Below are positions 24,794 to 33,413 of a stretch of 36,269 nucleotides of DNA, piece after piece; position 1 is the first letter of the stretch, and each line of letters begins with the position of its first letter. This stretch comes from Thermoleophilia bacterium (lineage in GTDB: Bacteria; Actinomycetota; Thermoleophilia; Gaiellales; Gaiellaceae): the NCBI GenBank assembly GCA_043739205.1, contig JAYUEQ010000051.1, positions 1 to 36,269 on the forward strand. Reading direction: 5' to 3'. The position numbers and the translations under genes were made by a program. The notes beneath the pieces are model-generated. The model saw only the letters and a program-made list of their open reading frames with translations. It searched no databases and was not told the DNA's origin.

Positions 24794-24853
24794 AGTGTCT
24801 GACACCCGTTCGGACTGCGGATTCAGGCCGGACTGCGAAAGGTGTCAGACACC
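24794..24853. repeat. Palindromic repeat locus 3: two copies 47 bp apart
   Basis: AGTGTCTGACACC at 24794-24806 and GGTGTCAGACACC at 24841-24853. The spacer contains a direct repeat of GGACTGCG. The second copy lies inside the last 31 nt of the glpD reading frame. Confidence 0.9.
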
Positions 24854-26244
24854 GTTCCGCCCTCGAGCCACACCGTTGTGCGCCGGCGGTAGACGTCTTC
24901 GTCGGTGCGCGCCCACTCGTGCTCGCGCGCGTAGAGCTCTTGCGCCCGAAGGTCGGGCCGGCCGGGAATGATCGGTTCGAGCAGTGCAGGGTCGTCGACG
25001 GCCGGCGCGAGCACCTCAGGCGCAAGAGAGCCGTAGAGGTGCAAGAGGTGCGTGCGTGTCGCGGGGTCGAGCTCGACGGGCCAGTCGATCTTGTTCAGCC
25101 CGGCTGCGCCCGGCAGCGGACGTGGCTTGCGGTCGAGGTTGCGCACGCCCAGATGCTCGAGCGCGTCGAGTGCGATGCGGCGATAGGTCGTCAGCTTGCC
25201 ACCGGCGACGCTCAACATTCCGTGCGCGCCGTGCGTGTAGACGGTCTCGCGGCGCGCGTTCGCGGTCGCGCCCGGACCGCCGGGCAGCACACGCAGCCCG
25301 TAGAACGATGCACGCACCTCGCCGATGTCGCGCACGGCGACGGCGGCCTCGTCGAGGATCGTCCGCGCGTCGTCGTCGGTCACGCGCGCGTCCTCGGGCT
25401 CGCCCTCGTGCAACGTGTCGGTCGTGCCGAGCAGGAGCTTGCCCTCCCACGGGATCGCAAAGCTCACGCGCACCTTGTCGTGCGGGATCGTCACCGCGGC
25501 GTTCCAACCCTCGCCACCGTCGGCGATCAGATGCACGCCCTTGCTGAGCCGGATCGACGCGGCGGCGCCGGGATCCTCGAGCCGGCGCACGCGGTCGAGC
25601 CAGGGGCCGGTCGCGTTGACGATCGCTCCCGCTTGCACCCGTACGGTCTCGCCGTCGACGAGAACGTCGGCACCGTCGCCGTGGATCGCCGTCACCTCCG
25701 CGTAGTTGAGGACGGTGGCGCCGCGGTCGGCGGCGGCGCGCACGTTCGCGAGCGTCAGCCGGCCGTCGTTCGTCCACGCGTCGGCATAGAGCGCCGAGGA
25801 GTGCAGTCCCTCAGTGCGGAGTTGCGGCACGAGCCTCAGGGCGCGCGTCTCGCTCACCCGCCCGTTCAGCTTCGCCCGCGCGAGTGCGGAGTACAGGAGC
25901 ACCCCGGTGCGCACGAACCAGGGGCGATGCGGCCCGTTGTCGTAGAGCGGGAACACGAACGGCAGCCGGTGGACGAGGTGCGGCGCGACGACCGACATCA
26001 GCGCGCGCCGCTCCTGGTGCGCCTCGCGCACGAGGCGGATGTCACCCATCTGCAAATAGCGCAGGCCGCCGTGGATGAGCTTCGACGATGCAGACGAGGT
26101 CGCCGAGGCAAAATCACCACGCTCGACCAGCGCGACCTTCATTCCGTGAGCGCTCGCCGCTTCCGCGATTCCGGCGCCGATGATCCCGCCGCCGATCACG
26201 AGCAGGTCGAACCGGGTGCCGGCGAGAGCTTCTACGCGATCCAT
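24823..26244 (-). CDS. glpD: FAD-dependent glycerol-3-phosphate dehydrogenase
   Basis: ATG at 26244 (MDRVEALAGTRFDLLVIGGGIIGAGIA). Motifs SSKLIHGGLRYL and GGKLTTYR. The ORF-track start at 27042 runs through the upstream PHP gene in another frame and is rejected. Confidence 0.88.
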   Translation of the reverse strand: MDRVEALAGTRFDLLVIGGGIIGAGIAEAASAHGMKVALVERGDFASATSSASSKLIHGGLRYLQMGDIRLVREAHQERRALMSVVAPHLVHRLPFVFPLYDNGPHRPWFVRTGVLLYSALARAKLNGRVSETRALRLVPQLRTEGLHSSALYADAWTNDGRLTLANVRAAADRGATVLNYAEVTAIHGDGADVLVDGETVRVQAGAIVNATGPWLDRVRRLEDPGAAASIRLSKGVHLIADGGEGWNAAVTIPHDKVRVSFAIPWEGKLLLGTTDTLHEGEPEDARVTDDDARTILDEAAVAVRDIGEVRASFYGLRVLPGGPGATANARRETVYTHGAHGMLSVAGGKLTTYRRIALDALEHLGVRNLDRKPRPLPGAAGLNKIDWPVELDPATRTHLLHLYGSLAPEVLAPAVDDPALLEPIIPGRPDLRAQELYAREHEWARTDEDVYRRRTTVWLEGGTVSDTFRSPA

Positions 26245-27173
26245 AGCGGGTTGCTCCAGGCCCTGTTTCCGTCGCGGTCGAGCACCTCGACGCGTCCGTA
26301 GGGCGCCTCGTAGGGGCGAAGGAGCCGCGCCGCGGTGATCAGGCCGTCGTCGTTGCGCTCGATGATCTCCGAATGGTTCGGGTAGCCGAGCCGGCCGGCG
26401 TTCGCCCGCGCGCCGCGCCAGCGCCCCGAATAGAGCGTCACCGCTTCGGCCGGGCTGCACCGAACGACGACATCGCCGTCGCTCACCTCGATGTCGCGGA
26501 TCTCCGGGCCGGTCGAGCCGTAGAACATCCCGCTGCGCAGCGCGTCGAGCACCGCCTCCTGCGTCTTCTCCTTGACCCGCACCCACGTCGAGGCAAAGCC
26601 GCTGTCGTAGCCGGGATGGTGCGAGTCGTCGGTCGCGAGCGCGAAGAACGGCCGCCCGTGCTCGAGCACCTCGTCCCAGTGGATCGAGGAATCGCCGCGG
26701 CCGAGCTCGAGCTCGCAGCCCGAGTTCCAGACCTCGATCCCATAGAGGCCGGGGCAGTCCCACCACTGCTCCGTCCGGAGGCCGCTCCAGTAGGTGTGAG
26801 CGAGGTACGGGACGCCGCCGTTCTCGGCGATCCAGGCGACGACCTCCTCGAGGGGCGCGAAGTTGCCCTCCGGCACGACGGGATCGACTGCAAGGCCCAA
26901 AGCGAGCACGTGAGCGTCGTGCTCCTGGGTCGGGGCATAGGCGTTCAGCTCGGTCGAGGGGATCACGAGCAGCTTCTTCGTCGAGGGCTCGACCGTCCGC
27001 ACCCAGTGATCCGTGATCGCGAGGACGTCGTAGCCCGCCCACTCGTAGTGCCGCACGAGCAGCTCCGGAGCCAGCTCGCCGTCGGAATTCGTAGTGTGCG
27101 CATGGAGGGCGCAGCGAAGCCAGCTGCCGTCTGTCTGGAACGGGTTCACGGAGAGAGCGTAACGACCCAACAT
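26232..27173 (-). CDS. PHP-domain metallophosphoesterase (CehA/McbA-like)
   Basis: ATG at 27173 (MLGRYALSV). Motifs HAHTTNSDG, AITDHW and DDSHHPG. Its 3' end overlaps the glpD start by 13 nt. Confidence 0.7.
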   Translation of the reverse strand: MLGRYALSVNPFQTDGSWLRCALHAHTTNSDGELAPELLVRHYEWAGYDVLAITDHWVRTVEPSTKKLLVIPSTELNAYAPTQEHDAHVLALGLAVDPVVPEGNFAPLEEVVAWIAENGGVPYLAHTYWSGLRTEQWWDCPGLYGIEVWNSGCELELGRGDSSIHWDEVLEHGRPFFALATDDSHHPGYDSGFASTWVRVKEKTQEAVLDALRSGMFYGSTGPEIRDIEVSDGDVVVRCSPAEAVTLYSGRWRGARANAGRLGYPNHSEIIERNDDGLITAARLLRPYEAPYGRVEVLDRDGNRAWSNPLWIA

Positions 27174-27270
27174 CGTTACCACCCGTTGCCAGAAAGTTAG
27201 GGCGCGGATAGCTTGAAATGAGAGAGCGTTACGTGATCCACTAGAGGACACCACGGACCGGGAGGAATGC

Positions 27271-28458
27271 ATGGAGGACTACGAGGCCCAAGAGGTCGAA
27301 TTCTGGGCAAAGCTCGAAGAAGAGGGCATCAGCCGCTCGTCGATGCTGCGCCGCAGCGCGGCGGCAGCGTTCGGCTTGACCGTGTTCAGCAGCGCGGGAA
27401 CGGCGCTTGGCGCGACGCGTTCGCGGTTTGCGGCACCGCCGGTGAAAGAGACGGCTGCCGGCATGGCCGAGCTGATCAAGAACGCGAAGAAGGAAGGCCA
27501 CCTCAACACGATCGCGCTGCCGCCTGACTGGGCGAACTACGGCGAGATGATGTCGACCTTCTCGAAGAAGTACGGCATCCCGATCACGAACGACAATCCG
27601 GATGGCAGCTCGGCGCAGGAGAACGAGGCGATTCGCTCGCTCAAGGGCGACTCACGGGCCCCTGATGTCGTCGACGTCAGCCTTGCCTTCGCGATCCCGG
27701 GCGCCAACGAGGGCCTGTATGCGAAGTACTTCAACACCAACTACAAGACGATCCCCCGTGCCCTCAAGGACACGCGCGGCTACTGGATGGGCGACTACTG
27801 GGGTGCGGTGTCGATCGGCTACAACAAGTCGCTCGTCAGCAATCCGCCCAAGACGTGGAAGGACCTGACGAAGCCCGAATACAAGGGCAAGGTCGCGATG
27901 AACGGGTCGCCCCTCTCGTCGGGCTCCGCAATCGCGGGTGTCTTCGCAGCGACGCTCGGCGCCGGCGGGTCGTTGTCGGATGTCGGCCCGGGAATCGACT
28001 TCTTCGCCGCACTGAAGAAGTCGGGCAACTTCATCCCGGTGCAGACCACGCCGCAGACCGTTGCGTCGGGCCAGACACCCATTTCGATCGACTGGGACTA
28101 CAACAACCTTGCGTACGTCAAGGAGTTCCCGGCCGCGAACTGGGGCGTCTCGATCCCGGCCGACGGTGTCTACGCGGGCTACTACGCCCAGGCCATCAAT
28201 GCAACCGCTCCGCACCCGTGGGCGGCTCGTCTCTGGGAGGAGTTCTGCTACTCCGACCAGGGTCAGCTGATCTGGCTGAAGGGCTTCTCGCATCCGGCTC
28301 GGTTCAATGATCTGGCGCAACGCAAGGCGCTTCCGAAGAACCTGCTGGCAGCTCTGCCCTCACCGGCGCTCTACGCGAAGGTGAAGTTCGCGAGCCTGTC
28401 GCAGTTGACCAACGCGAAGGCGAAGATCGCCGCCGAGTGGCCGTCGAAGGTCGGGTAG
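27271..28458 (+). CDS. ABC transporter periplasmic substrate-binding protein (PotD/Fe3+-type family), Tat-type signal
   Basis: GGGAGGA lies 6 nt upstream of the ATG at 27271. Twin-arginine region SSMLRRSAAAAFGLTVF is preceded by an unusual acidic 24-residue extension. An alternative start is ATG 27343. Confidence 0.8.
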   Translation: MEDYEAQEVEFWAKLEEEGISRSSMLRRSAAAAFGLTVFSSAGTALGATRSRFAAPPVKETAAGMAELIKNAKKEGHLNTIALPPDWANYGEMMSTFSKKYGIPITNDNPDGSSAQENEAIRSLKGDSRAPDVVDVSLAFAIPGANEGLYAKYFNTNYKTIPRALKDTRGYWMGDYWGAVSIGYNKSLVSNPPKTWKDLTKPEYKGKVAMNGSPLSSGSAIAGVFAATLGAGGSLSDVGPGIDFFAALKKSGNFIPVQTTPQTVASGQTPISIDWDYNNLAYVKEFPAANWGVSIPADGVYAGYYAQAINATAPHPWAARLWEEFCYSDQGQLIWLKGFSHPARFNDLAQRKALPKNLLAALPSPALYAKVKFASLSQLTNAKAKIAAEWPSKVG

Positions 28459-28504
28459 CCCGATCTCGACGGAAGCAGCACCTGAGGCGCTCCGGCCGGA
28501 CCCC

Positions 28505-29386
28505 GTGTCCGGCCGGAAGCGTCTCTCCTTGGCGTGGATCGGGACGCTCCCGTTCTTCGCGTACGCAATCGCATTTCTGTTCGTGCCCGCCGGGGCGGTC
28601 CTGCTCGGCGCATTCCAGGACAAGCACGACAACGCGACGTTCTCGAACGTCCGGTTGCTCTTCAATCACCCCTATATCGACGCGTACAAGACGAGCATCG
28701 AGATCAGCCTCGTCACGGCGGTCATGGGTGGGATCGTGGGTCTCTTCGTTGCCTACGCGGCGATTCGTGAGGGGACGCCGAAGTGGGTGCGCTCCGCGCT
28801 GACGACGTTCTCGGGCGTGGCGGCGAACTTCGGCGGTATCCCGCTCGCGTTCGCGTTCATCGCGACGCTTGGGCCGCTCGGGCTCGTGACGGTCTTCTTC
28901 CGCAACCACGTGCACTACGACCTGTATCAGCACCAGATCGACCCGTTCTCGAGCCAGAGCTTCAGTCTCTTCTCCAAGCTCGGCGTCGAGCTTGCCTACA
29001 TGTACTTCCAGTTGCCGCTGATGATCCTCGTGATCGCGCCCGCGATCGACGGTCTGCGCAAGGAGTGGCGTGAGGCCGCGTCAAATCTCGGCGCGAAGCA
29101 ATGGCAGTTCTGGCGGTACGTGGGAATCCCGGTGTTGATGCCGTCGCTCCTCGGCGCGATCATCCTGCTTTTCGGGAACGCGTTCGCCGCGTACGCCACC
29201 GCGTACAGCCTCACCTCCGGGTCCGTGAACATCGTCCCCATCCTAATCGGCGCCTACTACACCGGCAACGTGCTGGACAACCCGCACCTCGCGCAGGCGC
29301 TGGCCTTCGGCATGTTCGCCGTGCTCGCGCTGATGATGGTGCTCTACATTCCGCTGCAGCGACGTGCGGCCCGGTGGGCGAAGTGA
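28505..29386 (+). CDS. ABC transporter permease (PotB-like)
   Basis: 293 aa, six-TM pattern. EAA-like loop (REAASNLGAKQWQFWRYVGIPVLMP). Confidence 0.82.
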   Translation: MSGRKRLSLAWIGTLPFFAYAIAFLFVPAGAVLLGAFQDKHDNATFSNVRLLFNHPYIDAYKTSIEISLVTAVMGGIVGLFVAYAAIREGTPKWVRSALTTFSGVAANFGGIPLAFAFIATLGPLGLVTVFFRNHVHYDLYQHQIDPFSSQSFSLFSKLGVELAYMYFQLPLMILVIAPAIDGLRKEWREAASNLGAKQWQFWRYVGIPVLMPSLLGAIILLFGNAFAAYATAYSLTSGSVNIVPILIGAYYTGNVLDNPHLAQALAFGMFAVLALMMVLYIPLQRRAARWAK

Positions 29387-30186
29387 AGACGAGGCGTCAC
29401 ATTTCTCCCTCAGCGGTGATCTGGCTGCTGATCGCCACGCTCTATTTCCTCGTGCCGCTGCTTGCGACGCTGAACACGAGCCTCAAGTCGAACCAGACCG
29501 GGAAGTGCTGCACCGCCGCCAACTACGGGTGGGTGGTCCACAACGGCGATTTCTGGCACACGCTGAAGATCTCGTTCTTGCTTGCGATCGAGACGATCGT
29601 GATCAGCCTGCTGATCTTCGTGCCTACGATCTACCTCGTCCACCTGAAGCTGCCGAAGTTGCGGCCGGTGATCGCGTTCATGGCGTTGATCCCGTTCATC
29701 GTGCCGCCGATCGTGATGGTCGTCGGCCTGCTGCGTACGTTCAAGGGAACACCGAATTGGTATTACCAGCAGCCCTGGGGGTTCCTGGCGACGGCGTACG
29801 TAATCCTCGCGTTCCCGTACATGTTCTTCTCGCTCGACGCGGGCTTTCGCTCGATTGATGTGCACACCTTGACCGAGGCCTCGCAGAGTCTCGGCGCGCG
29901 CTGGACGACGACGCTTTTCCGCGTCATCCTCCCGAACATCCGCTCGGCTGCGCTCGCAGCGTCGTTCTTGACGCTCGCGATCGTGATGGGCGAGTTCACG
30001 ATTGCAAACCTCTCGGCGTTCCACACCTTCCCGATCTTCATCCAGTACGTGAACGAGTCGCAGGGCTTCCCGGCCGGCGCGGTCACGTTGATGAGCTTCG
30101 GCATAACCTGGGCGGCGATGTTGTCGCTGCTGGTTGTCGGTCGTCAACGAGGCGCGCGGAGCGCCCTGATTGCAGGAGCGAAATGA
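29383..30186 (+). CDS. ABC transporter permease (PotC-like)
   Basis: GTG at 29383 overlaps the upstream stop (GTGA). EAA-like loop (TEASQSLGARWTTTLFRVILPNI). The ORF-track start at 29101 lies inside the previous gene. Confidence 0.8.
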   Translation: MKTRRHISPSAVIWLLIATLYFLVPLLATLNTSLKSNQTGKCCTAANYGWVVHNGDFWHTLKISFLLAIETIVISLLIFVPTIYLVHLKLPKLRPVIAFMALIPFIVPPIVMVVGLLRTFKGTPNWYYQQPWGFLATAYVILAFPYMFFSLDAGFRSIDVHTLTEASQSLGARWTTTLFRVILPNIRSAALAASFLTLAIVMGEFTIANLSAFHTFPIFIQYVNESQGFPAGAVTLMSFGITWAAMLSLLVVGRQRGARSALIAGAK

Positions 30187-31289
30187 GTTACCTCCAGCTC
30201 GAGAATCTCCACCGCAGCTTCGGTACGTTCAAGGCGCTGAACGGCATCAACATCGAGCTCGCCCAAGGTGAGTTCCTGTCACTGCTCGGGCCGTCGGGCT
30301 GTGGGAAGACGACGGCGCTGCGGCTCGTCGCAGGCTTCGACCAGCCGAACGAGGGTCGGATTCTCGTCGAAGGCAAGGACATGACCGGCGTGCCGCCCAA
30401 CAAGCGCGACATGGGAATGGTCTTCCAGGCGTACTCGCTCTTCCCGAACATGAATGCGCGCCAAAACGTGGAGTTCGGTCTGAGGATCCGTGGCAAGCAC
30501 AAGGGAGACGGGCGCGGCCGCGTTGACGATCTCCTCGAGCTCGTTGGCCTGTCGCACGCGGTCGACCGTTACCCGCATCAGCTCTCAGGCGGCATGCAGC
30601 AGCGCGTTGCGCTCGCCCGCGCGCTGGCAATCGAGCCGCGGGTGCTGCTGCTCGACGAGCCGCTCTCGGCGCTCGACGCGAAGGTGCGCGTGCAGCTGCG
30701 CGAAGAGATCCGCCGGATTCAGCTCGACCTGGGGATCACGACGCTCTACGTCACGCACGACCAGGAAGAGGCGCTCGCGATCTCCGACCACGTGGCGGTC
30801 ATGTACGGCGGGGTGATCGAGCAGATGGGCACGCCTGCCGAGATGTACACCGCGCCCGCGACGCCGTTCGTCGCCGAGTTCATCGGGACCATGAACCGTC
30901 TCGACGCGATGGTGATCGACGGGAGCACGGGCGAGGTCGAGCACAGCGGGATGCGTCTGGTCGTCGACGCGGCAAAGGGACGCCGAAACGGCGAGCGCGT
31001 GCTCGTCCTGATTCGGCCGGAGTCCCTGGAGCTGGAGGCTGCGACGAACGGCAGCGGGCCGAACTCGTTCCAGGGCGAGGTGCTGACGCAGACGTTCCTC
31101 GGGCCGGTGACGCGCGTCAAGGTGACCGGGAGCGGCACGAACCTGATCGCCGACATGTCGACGGCGCGCGCCGCGGCGCTACCGGTCGGGGCTCGCGTCT
31201 CCGCGAAGATCCCGTCCGAGGGAGCGAAGCTGATCAGCTTGCCGGACGACGGTCCAGGACTGCCAGTGCTCGATCCGGACAATCCGTGA
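30183..31289 (+). CDS. ABC transporter ATP-binding protein (PotA/MalK-like with C-terminal TOBE-like domain)
   Basis: Walker A GPSGCGKTT, signature LSGGMQQRV, Walker B LLLDEPLSALD. Confidence 0.9.
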   Translation: MSYLQLENLHRSFGTFKALNGINIELAQGEFLSLLGPSGCGKTTALRLVAGFDQPNEGRILVEGKDMTGVPPNKRDMGMVFQAYSLFPNMNARQNVEFGLRIRGKHKGDGRGRVDDLLELVGLSHAVDRYPHQLSGGMQQRVALARALAIEPRVLLLDEPLSALDAKVRVQLREEIRRIQLDLGITTLYVTHDQEEALAISDHVAVMYGGVIEQMGTPAEMYTAPATPFVAEFIGTMNRLDAMVIDGSTGEVEHSGMRLVVDAAKGRRNGERVLVLIRPESLELEAATNGSGPNSFQGEVLTQTFLGPVTRVKVTGSGTNLIADMSTARAAALPVGARVSAKIPSEGAKLISLPDDGPGLPVLDPDNP

Positions 31290-31824
31290 AGATGCCGCTC
31301 ACGCCGAACCGCTGCAGTTCGAGCAGCCGCTCTTCGTCGTTCACGGTGTAGACCGTCGTCTCGAGGCCGAGCCGCTGCGCGGCGAGGATGCCGCGCTTCG
31401 TCACGCGCTCGTTCTGGAAGCCGGCCGCCCACGCGCCCTGCGCGGCGCGGCGGATGCTGACACCAAACCCGACGTGCTGCACCGTCCGGATCGCCGGCCG
31501 TAGCCGGCGCGCCTCCTCGAGCGGGGCGTGCTGGAAGCAGACGAGCACCGCGTCGTCGTCAAGGTGCTCCAGCGTGCGCTCTACGGTGTCGCCACGCGGG
31601 CGCTTGAGCTCGACCATCACGCCGATCCGGCCGCGGCAGAGCTCGATCACCTCGTCGAGTGAGGGGTAGGCGAGCCCGGGCTTCGGCCGGTCATGGGTGA
31701 CAGAAAGGTCGTTGTGCACGTCGAACTCGACGTAGTCCGCACCGACCTCGATCGCACGCTCGAACGCGGGGATGGTGTTCTCCGGAAAGTCGAAGGACGC
31801 GCCTCGGTGTGCAATCACGAGCAC
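31234..31824 (-). CDS. Glycerophosphodiester phosphodiesterase (GDPD family, short)
   Basis: GTG at 31824 (VLVIAHRGASFDFPENT, EFDV, GIFTDCP). The ORF-track start at 32640 runs through the HAD gene in another frame. The start overlaps the HAD stop region. The 3' end overlaps the convergent ATPase gene by 56 nt. Confidence 0.75.
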   Translation of the reverse strand: MLVIAHRGASFDFPENTIPAFERAIEVGADYVEFDVHNDLSVTHDRPKPGLAYPSLDEVIELCRGRIGVMVELKRPRGDTVERTLEHLDDDAVLVCFQHAPLEEARRLRPAIRTVQHVGFGVSIRRAAQGAWAAGFQNERVTKRGILAAQRLGLETTVYTVNDEERLLELQRFGVSGIFTDCPDRALAVLDRRPAS

Positions 31825-32450
31825 AGCAGGCGCTCCAGTAGTGCGAGGTCGACGCGCTCGACGAGCTCGTCGGCTGCGGCCATGCGCTCGGCGCCGAGCG
31901 TGCGGGTGAGTCCGACGACGCGCGCGCCTGCGGCCTTGGCCGCGGCGACGCCGACATCGGTGTCCTCGAAGACGAGCATCCCCGCCGGCTCGACGCCCAG
32001 CAGGCGTGCGGCGGTCAGATAGCACTCCGGATTGGGCTTGCCGTTCGTGACGTCGTCCTGCGAGACGATCAGCGCGATCAAGTCGCCGATCCCCGAGGCG
32101 GCAACGACGGGATCGATCTCGCTCCGCGCGGCAGCGGAGACGATCGCCACCGGGGCATGCGTCGCGGCGAAGCGGAGCGCTGCGCGCATCTCGTCGTCGA
32201 CGGTCGAGCCGTCGGCGGCGAGCCGGTTGTAGCGGGCGATCCGGTCCTCGATCTGCGCCGGGTCGGCGTGGCCGAACCAGCGCGTGAACATCTCCTCGTC
32301 CGTGTGTCCGGCCAGGTGCTCGTAGTACTCGGCTTCGGTGATCGGGCGTCCGAGCTCGGCGAACTGCTCCCGGTAGACCCGCGCGAGCAGCGGCTCGTCG
32401 TCCGAGAGCGTCCCGTTGAAGTCGAAGACAACTGCTTGCGTGTCGGCCAT
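31815..32450 (-). CDS. HAD-superfamily hydrolase (beta-phosphoglucomutase-like subfamily IA)
   Basis: Motif I is VFDFNGTL, with Asn rather than Asp at the D+2 position. Motif III region is NGKPNPE and motif IV is FEDTDVG. Confidence 0.8.
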   Translation of the reverse strand: MADTQAVVFDFNGTLSDDEPLLARVYREQFAELGRPITEAEYYEHLAGHTDEEMFTRWFGHADPAQIEDRIARYNRLAADGSTVDDEMRAALRFAATHAPVAIVSAAARSEIDPVVAASGIGDLIALIVSQDDVTNGKPNPECYLTAARLLGVEPAGMLVFEDTDVGVAAAKAAGARVVGLTRTLGAERMAAADELVERVDLALLERLLCS

Positions 32451-32475
32451 CCGCGCGTGAGCGTAGCGTCACGGC

Positions 32476-33300
32476 ATGCCGGTGACCGCCCTGGCCCTCG
32501 CGCTGATCGCGGCCTTCGTGCACGCGTTCTGGAACATCCTCCTTGCACGGGCCCGCGACATCGAGTCCTCCACGGCAGTGGCGCTGATCACAGCCGAGCT
32601 CGTCTTCGCGCCGGTCGTCGTCTTCACGTGGGACGCGCACCGGGCCGTCTGGCCGTTCCTCGTGGCAAGCGGGCTGCTGCAGCTCCTGTACTTCGTGCTG
32701 CTCGCGACCGCCTACAGGCTCGTGCCGCTCTCGGTCGTCTATCCGATCGCGCGCGGTGGAGCGCCGGTGCTCGTGTTGCTCTTCGGGGCGGTCGCGCTCG
32801 GCCGGACGACGTCAGGGACGCAGGTGGCAGCGGTCGTTCTCGTCGTGGCGGGGATCCTGCTCGTGCGCGGCCTGCGCGATGCCGACCCGCGCGGGGTCGC
32901 ATTCGGGCTTGCGATCGCAGCGTGCATCGCGGTCTACACGCTCGTCGACAAGGAAGGCGTGCGTCACGCCGAGCCGATCACCTACCTCGAGCTGTCGATG
33001 ATCTTCCCGGCGATCGCCTACGCAGCGGCCGTGATTCGTGTCAAGGGCTTCACTGCTGTGCGGCGCGCGGTCGGCCCTGCATCGATCCTCGCCGGCATCT
33101 GCACCTTCGGCGCCTATGCCCTCGTGCTGGCGGCGCTGCAGCGCGCGTCGGCTGCGTCCGTCGCAGCGGTCCGCGAGACGAGCGTCGTGATCGCCGCGCT
33201 GCTCGCGGGCGTCGTGCTGAAGGAGCGCGTGACGGCGACGCGGCTCGCGGGCGCCGTGCTGGTGGCGAGCGGCGTGGCGTTGCTGGCGCTTGGTGTCTGA
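32476..33300 (+). CDS. EamA-like (DMT superfamily) membrane transporter
   Basis: 274 aa, about 10 TM helices, with internal two-fold similarity typical of EamA repeats. Its stop codon lies inside a palindromic repeat copy. Confidence 0.7.
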   Translation: MPVTALALALIAAFVHAFWNILLARARDIESSTAVALITAELVFAPVVVFTWDAHRAVWPFLVASGLLQLLYFVLLATAYRLVPLSVVYPIARGGAPVLVLLFGAVALGRTTSGTQVAAVVLVVAGILLVRGLRDADPRGVAFGLAIAACIAVYTLVDKEGVRHAEPITYLELSMIFPAIAYAAAVIRVKGFTAVRRAVGPASILAGICTFGAYALVLAALQRASAASVAAVRETSVVIAALLAGVVLKERVTATRLAGAVLVASGVALLALGV

Positions 33301-33353
33301 CACCATTGAGGACGTTTGTCCCTGAATGACCGCTCGGCACGGTGTCTGACACC
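33292..33353. repeat. Palindromic repeat locus 4: two copies 49 bp apart
   Basis: GGTGTCTGACACC at 33292-33304 and 33341-33353, between convergent genes. The first copy contains the TGA stop (33298-33300) of the EamA gene. Confidence 0.9.
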
Positions 33354-33413
33354 TTTGGAAGTGCGAGGGGCGCCCCGAAGGACGCCCCACGCCACCCACA
33401 GCTCAGCCTGGTT

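Noticed and set aside
24001-26301. 766-aa plus-strand ORF, the longest in the window
   Set aside because: It is antisense to the well-supported FDH catalytic gene and glpD and runs straight through the repeat locus. Its composition is dominated by R, A, G, V and P with no domain signatures.
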